DNA of 64,000 bases, taken from Candidatus Eiseniibacteriota bacterium. GTDB taxonomy: Bacteria; Eisenbacteria; RBG-16-71-46; CAIMUX01; VGJL01. Below are positions 1 to 11,294 of this stretch, piece by piece. The position numbers and the translations under genes are program-made. The notes beneath the pieces were generated by a model, which worked only from the letters and a program-made list of their open reading frames with translations, had not been told where the DNA came from and did no database searches. The stretch spans positions 1,152,001-1,216,000 of the forward strand of contig CAWBWI010000003.1 in assembly GCA_963792585.1 (NCBI GenBank), read 5' to 3'. Positions within the stretch are counted from its first letter, which is position 1. Each line of letters begins with the position of its first letter.

Positions 1-1971
1 CGTAGCGAATCCGCCCCGGCCGGCACCTTCTTCCGGGGGCGGAAGCACGCGGACGAGTCGCCCGGACGCATCGACGATCCGGATGCGGGCGCCGGGAGAA
101 AGGGGGACGCCGATCCGGATCCCCACGCCCCGCGGAGCGGGATTGGGTCGGATCGAAATGGACCCGGTGCGCTCCTGCACGGGGTCCTGCGCGGAGGCGC
201 TCCCAATTCCATTGGGTCCGTAAACAGGGATCTCGTTGCCGTATTCGTAGGCGCCCAGGTCGGGGGCGGCGCCGGTGAAGGAGTCGGTGATGTTCGGGAG
301 GAACGCGCCGGCGTCCACTGCCGCCGACTCCGGCAAGAGGCGCAAGTCCTGGCTGCCCGGTTCGTACGCGGGTGGGTAACCGTCTTGTCCTAAGTGCGAA
401 CCGAGGGGAGGCTCGGTCGCGCTCACGAAGATGCCCAGGTCCACGAGCCGCCCGTTCAGCTCCATGCCGGTGCCGGTCCGGAATGCGTCCAGCGTCGGAT
501 AGAAGGTCGCGTTGAAGTTCGCGAATCTCCCCGGAAGGGCCTGATACCAGGCATTGAAGTCGAGGTCGGCACGAACGCCGGTCGTCACGAGAGCGATCGG
601 ATCGCCGGTGGGGCCCGAGTGGCTTCCTCCGATCAAGACGTTGTTCCGAACGACAGCGCGTCGCCACTCGCCGTCACCCCATCCGCGCGGGTCCGCGCCG
701 ACGAACGTGTTGTTGAATACGATCATCCCGGTCGGCCACTCATGAAACTTGAGGGCCTTCAGTTGCCAGTTGTAGACGACGTTGCGGATGAAGTAGGCCG
801 GCCCGCCGAAGACCGGCTGGCAGCTGAGCCCGCACAGGCAGTTCGTGATCCTGTTGTCGAGAACGCGGATGTTGTGGCGGGAGCCGTCGGTTTCGATCCC
901 ATCGTCCGTGCATCGGTGGATCTCGTTGCGATAGACGTCGCAACCCGAGGTCGTGACATTCAACTCGTCTCCGCCGACCTCGATCCCGTCCCACCAGCCG
1001 AAGATCTCGTTGTACCGCACGACGTGGCCGGTCCCGGAAACGATCACGCCGTACGCATCGTACAAACGCCCGTCCTCCCACCGGATGGGCCCCTGGATGG
1101 TGTTGCCCTCGATGACCGCGTCGCGCTGGTCGGGTCCCCGAAGCCAGATGCCGGCCATGTCGTCGGCCCCCGTCGGTTGCGACACGTCGATCCTGCAGCC
1201 CCGAACCACGATGCCGACGGTCATCGTGCAGCTGACGGCCATCTGGAAGGGCCGACGGACCGTCACATTCTCGAGATGGACGTAGCGGGAGGAATCGATG
1301 AGGACGACTCGCCCGACCAAGCCTTCCCCGTCGAGGATGACCGATTCTCGGTCCTCGCCACGCCATACGATCGGGTTCGTCTCGGTTCCGCTGGCGGAGA
1401 AGACCGTCCCGCCGGTGTAGACGCCGGCCCGCAGGAGAAAGAGATCGCCCGGCTCCGCCGCCGCGTCCGCCGGCGCAATCCCGCGATACGGGTCCTCCAG
1501 CGACCCGTCGCCGCCGCCTTGTCCCGGAATCACGTAGCGAATGCGCGGGGTGGGAGGATCCCGAGGCACCGCACGCGTGCGGATGATGCGTAGGTCCGTC
1601 GCGGCGCCGCCGTCGGGGTCGTGGAGCTGCATGCGCACTGCGTAGGGAGCGTCCTCACGGAGACCGAAGATGCTCCCTGCGAACAAGTTTCCCGGGTCGA
1701 TTCCGTAGCCGTTGTAGCTGCCGGGCTCCACGCGCAGGAGGTCCTGGGCCAGGCGCCAGGGATCGTTCGTGCCCGACTCCCGATAGGAAACCTCGACCGT
1801 GCCGTTCTGGTTGTCGTCCCCCTCGATGTACCACCGAACGCCGATCGCTTCGAACGAGGACTCGACCTCGATCGCGCCGGGCACGGTCGAAGTGTCTCGG
1901 ACGGCGCCGGCCGACGGGCCGACGGTCTGTGCGCAGATCAGTGCGATGAGCGCCGCGCAACCGATCCGCAT
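1..1971 (-). CDS. Secreted right-handed parallel beta-helix (pectin-lyase-like fold) protein with C-terminal sorting-like domain; 3' end runs off the window
   Basis: Hand-translated (absent from the ORF track because it has no stop in the window). ATG at 1971, signal-like MRIGCAALIALICAQTVGPSAGA, GDGSLEDPY motif, beta-helix repeats (VIEGNTI, VVRYNEI, VYRNEI, VLDNRI, FIRNVV), DAGA..PDLGAYE, then IRPNP...IRIVDASGRLVRVL. Confidence 0.8.
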   Translation of the reverse strand, partial: MRIGCAALIALICAQTVGPSAGAVRDTSTVPGAIEVESSFEAIGVRWYIEGDDNQNGTVEVSYRESGTNDPWRLAQDLLRVEPGSYNGYGIDPGNLFAGSIFGLREDAPYAVRMQLHDPDGGAATDLRIIRTRAVPRDPPTPRIRYVIPGQGGGDGSLEDPYRGIAPADAAAEPGDLFLLRAGVYTGGTVFSASGTETNPIVWRGEDRESVILDGEGLVGRVVLIDSSRYVHLENVTVRRPFQMAVSCTMTVGIVVRGCRIDVSQPTGADDMAGIWLRGPDQRDAVIEGNTIQGPIRWEDGRLYDAYGVIVSGTGHVVRYNEIFGWWDGIEVGGDELNVTTSGCDVYRNEIHRCTDDGIETDGSRHNIRVLDNRITNCLCGLSCQPVFGGPAYFIRNVVYNWQLKALKFHEWPTGMIVFNNTFVGADPRGWGDGEWRRAVVRNNVLIGGSHSGPTGDPIALVTTGVRADLDFNAWYQALPGRFANFNATFYPTLDAFRTGTGMELNGRLVDLGIFVSATEPPLGSHLGQDGYPPAYEPGSQDLRLLPESAAVDAGAFLPNITDSFTGAAPDLGAYEYGNEIPVYGPNGIGSASAQDPVQERTGSISIRPNPAPRGVGIRIGVPLSPGARIRIVDASGRLVRVLPPPEEGAGRGGFAT

Positions 1972-1980
1972 TTCATACCA

Positions 1981-4559
1981 TCATGGCGCGACGATGACGG
2001 AGGCATGGCCGAGGATGCGACCCCCCTCGCGGATCCGTACGAAGTAGCGCCCCGGCGCCGCGTTGCGAACGTCCCATCGCGCCTCGTCGACCCCGTGGAC
2101 GGAGGTCGTGAAGATGCGCCTCCCCGCGACGCTGAAGACCTCCACCATGACGGGCGCGTCGGTAGCGCGGCGGTCCCAGCGGATCGTCACGAGGTCGCGC
2201 GCCGGATTGGGAGAGAGGCGCAGCTCGACTCCCGCCGGCTGCATCTGATCCGCGACGTCGCTGACCTGATCGACCTGGTACGAGAAGAACGACCGGCCGT
2301 AGGTCGCGGCGGTCAGCTTTCGCGCGACCGCGTCAAAGACGAGCTGATTGATCACGACGTTGGGCAGGTTCGAGCCGAGCATCGTCCAATGCATGCCGGC
2401 GTTGTAGGTCTCGAATACCCCGACGTCGGTTGCGACGAAGAGGCGGTCCGCATTCGTCGGATCGATCAGGATGTCGTTGGCCGGCGCCTCGGGGAGATTC
2501 GACGCGATCGGCGTCCAGGTGGCCCCCAGGTCGGTCGTCTTGTAGACGTGGGGGAGCGGGCTGCCCCAGCGGAAGCCGGACAGGGTGACGAAGGCGGTCT
2601 CGCGCGTCTGCGGGCTGCAGCGGACCGACGTCATCCACCGATCCGGCAGGGCGGCCGACACATCGGTCCAGTTCGTCCCGCCGTTGGTCGTGACGTTCAC
2701 GTGGCCGTCATCGCTGCCCGCCCAGATCACCAGAGCATCCTGCGGTGAAGAGTCGATCGTCGTGATCGTCCCGTAGACATTCCCCTGGCTGCCGCCGCCC
2801 GCGCCGCCCGTGAGATCCGGGCTGATCGCCGTCCAGCTCGTGCCGTTCGTGCTCCGGTATACCTTCTGCGTCCCGCAGTACATGGTGTTCGGGTTGACGG
2901 CGTTGAATCGAATGGCGGTGTTCCAGTTCCTGCGATCCCCCGAGCTGATGCCCGAGGTCGCGTCATTGAACCAGCCTCCCCCGTTCGAGGAGTAGCCGAG
3001 CCCGCAGTACTGATAGAGGGCCCAGATCCGGTTCGGGTCGGTCGGATGGACGAGCGGCTGGAAGCCGTCGCCGCCGTATATGTTGACGTAGTCGTTGAGC
3101 GAGCCGGTAAGGGTGCGGACCGTTCCGTTGTCCTGCGCGCCGCCGTAGAGCGCGTTCGGCCTGCTGGCGTCGAGGCAGACGCGGTAGAACTGCGTGATCG
3201 GCTGATCGGGGAGCATCGTCCAGGCCGAGCCTCCGTTGGTCGACCGGTAGAGCCCGCCGTCGTTGCCCTCGTAGATCACGGGGCTGGCGCCCGGACCGAA
3301 CTCCAGCGCGTGGTGATCGACATGCATCCCACCGCTGACCTCGCTCCACGCGCTGCCGCCGTTCGTCGAGCGGTAGAATTCGAGGCCGAGGACCCATACG
3401 CGGTTCGGGTCCGTGGGGTGCGCCCGGCAGTTTCCGAACCACCACCCGTAGGAGCTGAAGACGTCGGCGAGCGCCCCGTCGCTCGTGCGCGTCCAACTCG
3501 TTCCACCGTTCGTCGTGCGGTACATGCCGGCGAAGTAGCCGGTCCTGTCCGCGTAGACGGCGTACATGTTGTCGGGCGCGGCCGCGCACAGGCTGATCCC
3601 GATGCGGCCGCCGTTCGACGAAGGCGCGGGCAGTCCACCGCCCACGAGGGCCCAGGTCGAGCCGCCGTCGGTCGATTTGTAGACCCCGCAGGTCGCCCCG
3701 CCGTACCGGTAATATCGCGGTCTGCGGATCCGCTCCCACATGGCGGCGAAGACCGTCTGAGGCTGGTCGGGCCGGATCAACAGGTCCACCGCGCCGGTCG
3801 AATCGCTCAGAAAGAGGACTCTCTCCCAATTGGCGCCGCCGTCGGTTGTTCGATAGACCCCGCGCTCCGTGCCCGCCGTCCAGAGATCGCCCATGGCCGC
3901 GACGAAGATCCGTTGCGAGTTGGTCGGATCGACGCGGATCCGGCCGATCGAGCCCGTGCCGTCGAGACCCACCGGCGTCCATGTCGCGCCGCGATCGGTC
4001 GATCTGTAAACGCCGGTGCCACCGTAGGCGACACTGCCGCCCCCCGGGTTCACCTCGCCCGTTCCAACGTAGACCGTCTGGGGATGGGCCGGATCGAGGG
4101 CGACCGCGCCGATCGACAGGGTCGACTGATCATCGAAGAGAGGGGTCCAGTGCTGCCCGGAGTCGGTCGTCCGCAGGACGCCGCCCTCCGCCGCTCCCGC
4201 GAAACAGATCGCGGGGTCGATCGGGTCGACCGCCAGATCGGTGATCCTGCCGCCGATGTTCGTCGGTCCGCGGAATTCCCAGAACGAGGTGCGCGTGTTC
4301 GCGGCCTTCCTCATTTCACTTGCCTGGGCCTGCGCGGCCTTCCACGCCTCCCGTGGGATCTGCCCGAGCGGATAGGCGCGCTCGAGAAAGAACCACGGGT
4401 TGGGGGCCCGCACTGCCCCCCCTCGTCCCCGCCGCGCGTCTCCGCGACGACCCGGTGCACGGGGCGCAACGACGGCCTGGGCGCCGGCGTGGTCAGCATG
4501 ACGATGGCCCCGACGATCAGTACGGAGAGAACCGCTGTGGCTGCGAGGGAACGCTTCAT
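1981..4559 (-). CDS. Secreted BNR/Asp-box repeat beta-propeller protein (sortilin/VPS10-like, putative glycosyl hydrolase) with C-terminal sorting-like domain; frameshift at G7 tract ~4416-4422
   Basis: Many S/T-x-D/N-GG-x-T/S-W Asp-boxes, GPTNIGGRI and HVDHHAL motifs, C-terminal SPNP...VFSVAGRRI...PGRYFVR. The signal peptide MKRSLAATAVLSVLIVGAIV (ATG 4559) is in a different frame from the main ORF. Confidence 0.8.
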
Positions 4560-4756
4560 GGAGTCCTCCAGGATCGAGCATCGCCCCGCGGGGTCGGCCA
4601 GATAGACGCCTCTGGGGGGTCACGCACGGCCACTTCAATTCTACGTTGATTCGGACGAGACTCCAAGGATCGTCCCGACTGCGTGCAGTTGCCGGCTGGG
4701 CGATTGCCGCGATGGTCCCGGTTGCGGAGGATCTCCTCGCGGCGCGCCGGACACCC

Positions 4757-4785
4757 TCGACGCGTCGGCGCGAATGCGTCATTCT
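4757..4785 (+). promoter_or_regulatory. Possible sigma70-type promoter for priA
   Basis: TCGACG-N17-CATTCT, 8 nt before the priA ATG, no obvious SD. Confidence 0.35.
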
Positions 4786-4793
4786 GACCGCGC

Positions 4794-6836
4794 ATGAACC
4801 GCGCGCACCACCTGGCCGATGTCGCCGTTCCCGTCGGGGTCCGGACGACGTTCACCTACCTGATTCCCGAGGAACTCCGGGAGACGATTCGCGTCGGGCA
4901 CCGTGTTCCGATCCCGCTGGGCCGCCGCAAGACCCACGGATATGTGGTGCGGATTCACGGGGGACAGGCGCCGGAGAGGCTGCGCGCGCTGGAGGCGCCC
5001 GACCCTCCCGAACCGGTCTTCGATGCGCAGCTCCTCGAACTCACCCAATGGGTGGCCGACTACTACCTGGCCCCATTCGGAGAGGTCCTCGAGGCCGCGG
5101 CGCCCCGCGGCCGAACGGCCTCGACCCGCAAGCCACGCGCGGTGAAACAGAAGGAGGAGACCGCGGCCTCGCTCCAGGAGGAGTCGCTCCCCGAGCCGGC
5201 GCCGTCTCTCGGGGAGGAGCAGCAGGCGGTGTTCCTTGCCCTGCGCGAAGCGCTCCGGCGGCACCGATTCGAGGTCCACCTCTTGCAGGGCGTGCCGGGC
5301 TCGGGCAAGACCGAGATATACCTCGCCCTCGCGGAAGAGGCGATCCGACAGGGGGGCTCGGTCCTCCTGCTCGAGCCCGAGATCGGGCTTGCCACGCAGA
5401 TCCTCGCGCGCGTACGCCGTCGATTCGGCGACCTCGTCGGTTTGTACCATTCCATGACGGGAGACCGTCTACGGCGGCAGACCTGGGAAAGGGCGCGGGC
5501 CGGGGAGTTGCGCATCGTCGTCGGCGCGCGATCGGCGGTTTTCATTCCGCTTCCCGACCTCCGTCTGGTGATCGTCGACGAGGAACAGGAACCGTCCTAC
5601 AAGCAGGAAGAGTCGCCCCGCTACCACGGCCGCGATACCGCGATCATGCGGGCGCGTGGGGGAGACGCTCTCGTTGTCCTCGGCTCAGCAACGCCGTCGC
5701 TCGAGGCGATCCAGAACGTGCGCACCGGCAAGTTCCTGGGCCACCGCCTTACGCAGCGCCACACCGGCCGCCCGGGGGCGATCGTGCACATCGTCGACCT
5801 CAAGGTCGATCCCGGGATGCCGAAGGGCTCGCGCGCGATCCCGCTGTTCTCCGGCCTCCTCGTACAGAAGATCCACGAGCGGCTCGTCGCCCGGGAACAG
5901 ACGATCCTCTTCCTGAACCGCCGCGGCCACTCGCCGGCGGTCCAGTGTTCCGACTGCGGCGAGATGTTCCGCTGCCGCAGTTGCGACGTCGTCCTCACGT
6001 ACCACCGGACGACCGACGACATGCGATGCCATCACTGCGGGCTCGTCAATCCGCGTCCGGTCGCCTGCGCGGCCTGCAGCGGGGACCACCTCTACTTCGG
6101 GGGGATGGGCACGCAGAAGCTCGAGGAGCGTCTCGCCGATCTCTTCCCGCACGCGCGTCTCCTGCGCCTCGACGCCGACTCGACCCGCAGGCGCGGCAGC
6201 CACGCGACGCACGTGCAGGCGGTCGAGGCAAGGGAGGTCGACATCCTCCTCGGCACGCAGATGGTCGCCAAGGGATTCGACTTTCCCGGCGTGACGTTGG
6301 TGGGAGTCCTTCTCGCCGATCGGGAAATGGGACTCCCGGAGCTTCGGGCATCGGAACGGGCGTTTCAGGTCTTGACGCAGGTCGGGGGGCGCGCCGGGCG
6401 TGGGGAGCGGAGCGGCGAAGTGGTCCTGCAGACCCTGCTGCCGGGCCACCCGGTGATCCGCTGCGCTGCCGACGGGGACGTGGAATCCTTCGCCGCCGAT
6501 GAATTGCGACATCGCGAGGATCTCGCCTATCCCCCCTTCACGCGGATGGTCCACCTCTTGTTCGATGGGAAGGTCGAAGAAACCGTTCGTCGTCGCGCCG
6601 AATCGACTGCGGCGGACCTGGCGGGCCCCGCGCGCCGGGCGGGCGTGGATCTCCTCGGTCCGGCTCCGATGTTCCTCACGCGGCTCAAGGGGCGATACCG
6701 CTGGCACCTGACCCTGAAGGGCCGCAGCATCGACGCGCTGCACCGACTCGCGCGAAGGGCGATGGTGGCGACGGCGCCGGCGGGCACGCGTGGAATCCAC
6801 CTTCACGTCGACGTCGACCCGATCCGCACGCTCTAG
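4794..6836 (+). CDS. priA: Primosomal protein N' (replication restart helicase)
   Basis: GVPGSGKT Walker A, IVDEEQE, LGSATPS, NRRG plus four CxxC pairs, GTQMVAKGFDFP, QVGGRAGR. Confidence 0.97.
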   Translation: MNRAHHLADVAVPVGVRTTFTYLIPEELRETIRVGHRVPIPLGRRKTHGYVVRIHGGQAPERLRALEAPDPPEPVFDAQLLELTQWVADYYLAPFGEVLEAAAPRGRTASTRKPRAVKQKEETAASLQEESLPEPAPSLGEEQQAVFLALREALRRHRFEVHLLQGVPGSGKTEIYLALAEEAIRQGGSVLLLEPEIGLATQILARVRRRFGDLVGLYHSMTGDRLRRQTWERARAGELRIVVGARSAVFIPLPDLRLVIVDEEQEPSYKQEESPRYHGRDTAIMRARGGDALVVLGSATPSLEAIQNVRTGKFLGHRLTQRHTGRPGAIVHIVDLKVDPGMPKGSRAIPLFSGLLVQKIHERLVAREQTILFLNRRGHSPAVQCSDCGEMFRCRSCDVVLTYHRTTDDMRCHHCGLVNPRPVACAACSGDHLYFGGMGTQKLEERLADLFPHARLLRLDADSTRRRGSHATHVQAVEAREVDILLGTQMVAKGFDFPGVTLVGVLLADREMGLPELRASERAFQVLTQVGGRAGRGERSGEVVLQTLLPGHPVIRCAADGDVESFAADELRHREDLAYPPFTRMVHLLFDGKVEETVRRRAESTAADLAGPARRAGVDLLGPAPMFLTRLKGRYRWHLTLKGRSIDALHRLARRAMVATAPAGTRGIHLHVDVDPIRTL

Positions 6837-6939
6837 CCGGAGCGGGAACGCGCGCATTCACCATATGAGCGGGCTCCTAGGGGACTGAGGGAGAGATTGG
6901 CACGGTCCGAGACGCCGGTCGGGCGCCGCCCCTCCCGCC

Positions 6940-6968
6940 TTGACACCCCGGAATCGGAATCCTAGGCT
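6940..6968 (+). promoter_or_regulatory. sigma70-type promoter upstream of TPR lipoprotein gene
   Basis: TTGACA-N17-TAGGCT. Confidence 0.65.
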
Positions 6969-7024
6969 CTGAAACGTCCGGAGCGCGCAAATCGTCGTTT
7001 GGGTTATGGATGGGGGTGTCGGGT

Positions 7025-8284
7025 ATGCGACGCGTAATTCCCTGGATACTGGTTTCGTGTTTCTTCCTCGCGATCTTTGCCACGAGTTGCAAGAACCCGC
7101 AACTCAGCGGAGGCATCCTTCACTTCGACCAGAAGCGGTACGAGCGCGCCCGTCAGACGCTCCTGACCGCCGTCAAACAGGAGCCGCTGAACGCCGAGGC
7201 CTACCTGTGGCTCGGCAAGGCCTATGCCGAGCTGGATAGCACCCAGAAGGCCCGAGCGGCGTTCGAGAAGGCCGTCAGCCTGGAGAGCCCGAGCTTCCCC
7301 ACCGTGAAGACCGACGTGGCAAACGCGCTCGAGCACTACTGGAGCCTGCGGCACAACGAGGGGCTGAACTTCGCCAAGACGGCGAACGACGCCAAGATCA
7401 ACGACAAGCCCACAGAGGCCGCGCAGAACTTCCGCCTGGCCCTGAATCAGTTCAAGAGGGCCCGCGTGTACGAGCCGAAGAAAGAGGAGACGCCGCGCAA
7501 CATGGGCGTCTGCTACATCATGCTCGGCGAGGTCGACTCCGGCCTCGTGGCGCTCAAGGAATCCAAAGACCTATCTCCTCCGGGGGACTCGAAGGCCGAG
7601 GCGCTGCTCTTCGACAAGTACCGTCAACTGGGAGACTCCGCCGCCGAGCGAGGCGACGCGGGACTGAACGACGCGGTGCGCTTCTATTCCGAGGCCGAGA
7701 AGCTTCGCCCTGAGGATCCCGACCTCCTCTTCTCGCTCGGAGTCGTCTACTACCAGATCGCCCTCGGCGATTCGGCGGGCCAGACCGAAAAACTCGGGAA
7801 GGCGGTCGACTACTTCGACCGGACCCTGAAGGTCAAGCCGGACGACCAGGAGGCCCTGTTCAACGCGGCCTCCCTCGACCTCGAACTCAAGAAGTGCGAT
7901 GTGGGCATCGAGAAGGCCAAGATGCTTCTCGACCTCGATCCCCACAAGGGCCGCAACTACGATCTCGTCGGCCGCCTGTCCGATTGCCTGGGCAACAAAG
8001 GCGAGCGGATCATGGGGATTCTCTTCAAGCGGGCTCTCGACACGGGAGACGTGGTTGCGCTCGAAGACTTCCGCACCCACCTCGAGAAGTGGGGACCCGG
8101 CTCGGACGGGATGCGCCGCTACCGTGAGGAGGGCAAGCCCGAGGAGGTGCGGTCGTTCAAGGACACGTCGGGCCGCGAATATGAGTGCTGGTTCTTCTAT
8201 ACGCGCGGCAAGGCCTACATCTTCTCCGACGGCGCGTTCAAGTACGAGACATCCTTCAAGGCCGAGAAGCCGAAAGAGGAATAG
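7025..8284 (+). CDS. Tetratricopeptide-repeat lipoprotein
   Basis: Signal peptide with lipobox-like ATS-C; multiple TPR motifs (AEAYLWLGKAYAEL, LLFSLGVVYY, ALFNAA); alternative start 7010. Confidence 0.8.
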   Translation: MRRVIPWILVSCFFLAIFATSCKNPQLSGGILHFDQKRYERARQTLLTAVKQEPLNAEAYLWLGKAYAELDSTQKARAAFEKAVSLESPSFPTVKTDVANALEHYWSLRHNEGLNFAKTANDAKINDKPTEAAQNFRLALNQFKRARVYEPKKEETPRNMGVCYIMLGEVDSGLVALKESKDLSPPGDSKAEALLFDKYRQLGDSAAERGDAGLNDAVRFYSEAEKLRPEDPDLLFSLGVVYYQIALGDSAGQTEKLGKAVDYFDRTLKVKPDDQEALFNAASLDLELKKCDVGIEKAKMLLDLDPHKGRNYDLVGRLSDCLGNKGERIMGILFKRALDTGDVVALEDFRTHLEKWGPGSDGMRRYREEGKPEEVRSFKDTSGREYECWFFYTRGKAYIFSDGAFKYETSFKAEKPKEE

Positions 8285-8363
8285 CCCCGCGTACTGCACG
8301 GACAGAGACGGGTGCGGCCCCGGGGATGAGCCCTCGGACGCACCCGTTTCCATAGGTGCCCCC

Positions 8364-9377
8364 ATGCGTCAGGAAGCCAACGCCCGGATGGATGCGATCG
8401 CGCCGCTTCGCGGCCTCGTGATCGGGATCCTCGGCTACGGGAATCAGGGGCGCGCCCATGCGCAGAATCTCCGCGATGCAGGCTTCGAGGTTCGCGTTGG
8501 GGCCCGTCCGATGGGCGCCTCGGCACGCAGCGCGATCCGTGACGGATTCGTTTGCGACGCCCCGTCCGACCTTGGATCCAGTTGTGATCTCGTGTGCCTT
8601 CTCACCCCCGATCCGACCCACGGCGAGATTCTTGCTTCCCTGCTCGTAGGCACTCGTGTTCGTACGATCGTCGTCGCGCACGGATACTCCCTCCGGTTCG
8701 ACGCCCCTCCTCTCTCGGACATGTGGGACGTTCTCCTCGTCGCCCCTTCGGGACCGGGAACGGCGTTGCGAAAGGATGGTCGGCCCGGGGACATCCCGGC
8801 GATCATCGCCGTGCACCAGGAGCGGAGCGGGCAAGCGTGGGACCGGGCGCGCGCCTACGCGGTCGCCTGCGGCTGTTCCCCGCGCTCGCTGCTGCGGTCG
8901 ACGGTGGCCGAGGAGGCCGAAGTCGACCTGTTCGGCGAGCAAGCCGTACTTTGCGGCGGCCTCGCGGCACTCGTGGTCGCGGCATGGGAAACACTCGTCG
9001 CGCGCGGCTACGACCCGGCGATCGCATACATGGAGTGCGTCCATCAGGTCGGGTTGACGTCGGAGATGATCACTCGCTTCGGGGTCGCCGGTATGCGGGA
9101 GAAGATCAGTTCGGTCGCCCTCTTCGGCGATTTGACCCGAGGGTCGCGATTGATCGACGCTCATGTCCGCGTGACGTTGGCCGATATTCTGGATGAGATT
9201 CGATCCGGCCGCTTCGCGGACGAGTTCTCCCGCGAGGTCGCCGAGGGCTATCCTCGGAGCAAGGAGCGGCTCGACGCGAGCCGACGCCATCCCGTCGAGG
9301 AAGCCGGCGCCCATGTGCGGGGACTCGACGCGAAGCACCCCGGCGACGACCGGACGGCGACGGCCGCCGGAAGTTGA
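8364..9377 (+). CDS. ilvC: Ketol-acid reductoisomerase family protein (class I, divergent)
   Basis: GYGNQGRAHAQNLRDAG, AHG, DLFGEQAVLCGG, ILDEIRSGRFA; the upstream part of the track ORF overlaps the TPR gene and is not used. Confidence 0.88.
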   Translation: MRQEANARMDAIAPLRGLVIGILGYGNQGRAHAQNLRDAGFEVRVGARPMGASARSAIRDGFVCDAPSDLGSSCDLVCLLTPDPTHGEILASLLVGTRVRTIVVAHGYSLRFDAPPLSDMWDVLLVAPSGPGTALRKDGRPGDIPAIIAVHQERSGQAWDRARAYAVACGCSPRSLLRSTVAEEAEVDLFGEQAVLCGGLAALVVAAWETLVARGYDPAIAYMECVHQVGLTSEMITRFGVAGMREKISSVALFGDLTRGSRLIDAHVRVTLADILDEIRSGRFADEFSREVAEGYPRSKERLDASRRHPVEEAGAHVRGLDAKHPGDDRTATAAGS

Positions 9378-9410
9378 TTCGTGGGGAACCATGGGTCAGG
9401 CCGTTTTCCG

Positions 9411-9439
9411 TTGACAGGTGGGGAGGCGCCCCGTAGTCT
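9411..9439 (+). promoter_or_regulatory. sigma70-type promoter for rho
   Basis: TTGACA-N17-TAGTCT. Confidence 0.7.
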
Positions 9440-9701
9440 CCTGCGTTGGGACCGCTGATGGAAGTCCAGCGCGCCGGTCCCTCTCGTGTCTACCCCATGC
9501 TTCGATTGAGGAGATTCCAACCCGTCCCTGAGAGACACATGCCCTTGGTTTCTTTGCGGATCGGTGCGGCCGTACGAGGCTGCTGAGGTTCACAATCCCG
9601 TGCAAGATCAAAACCGCGATTCAGAAGAAGTCCGCCCCACGACCGACGACGGCATCATCGGCACCGCCGAGCGCCGTTCCCGGAGCAAAGAGTCCAATTT
9701 C

Positions 9702-10949
<1,248 letters not shown>

Positions 10950-10990
10950 TCGCAGGCCGGTCAGCATGAGAACGACGAGGAGTTGAGGCG

Positions 10991-11224
10991 ATGAAGCAAG
11001 GGATCCACCCGGACTACCGCAACGTGAAGGTCACTTGTGTGTGCGGAAGCATTCTCGAAACCCGTTCGACCGAGGCGCACGACTTCACGATCGAAATCTG
11101 TTCGAACTGCCACCCGTTCTACACGGGAAAGCAAAAGCTGGTCGACTCGGCCGGACGCATCGAGCGGTTCCGCCGCAAGTACAAGCTGGAGACCCCGGCG
11201 GAAGAGACGGCCTCCGAGAGCTAG
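10991..11224 (+). CDS. rpmE: 50S ribosomal protein L31 (Zn-binding type)
   Basis: [29 protein letters not shown]. Confidence 0.97.
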   Translation: MKQGIHPDYRNVKVTCVCGSILETRSTEAHDFTIEICSNCHPFYTGKQKLVDSAGRIERFRRKYKLETPAEETASES

Positions 11225-11238
11225 GGCGACGGCTGATT

Positions 11239-11291
11239 TGCCCGGGTCTGCCCGCTCTCCGAGAGCGGTCGCGTGACCCGGGTATCCTTTT
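11239..11291 (+). terminator. Long GC hairpin with T-rich tail after rpmE
   Basis: TGCCCGGGTC/GACCCGGGTA outer stem, CCGCTCT/AGAGCGG inner stem, then TCCTTTT. Confidence 0.45.
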
Positions 11292-11294
11292 GCC

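Noticed and set aside
394..4605. Long plus-strand ORFs (394-1593, 1621-2748, 3046-4605) and similar ones elsewhere (13704-15254, 17505-19337, 25708-27225, 45704-47266)
   Set aside because: Antisense shadows of well-supported genes, expected in high-GC DNA; no recognisable motifs
6898..6915. sigma54 promoter (TGGCACG)
   Set aside because: No TTGC -12 element at the right spacing; a good sigma70 promoter lies just downstream
7899..8363. N-terminal extensions in the ORF track for ilvC, prmC (12062), udg (23900), dnaB (25441) and PP2C (30315)
   Set aside because: Most overlap upstream genes in another frame and all read as non-coding-frame sequence; downstream starts fit homology and SD or stop-start coupling
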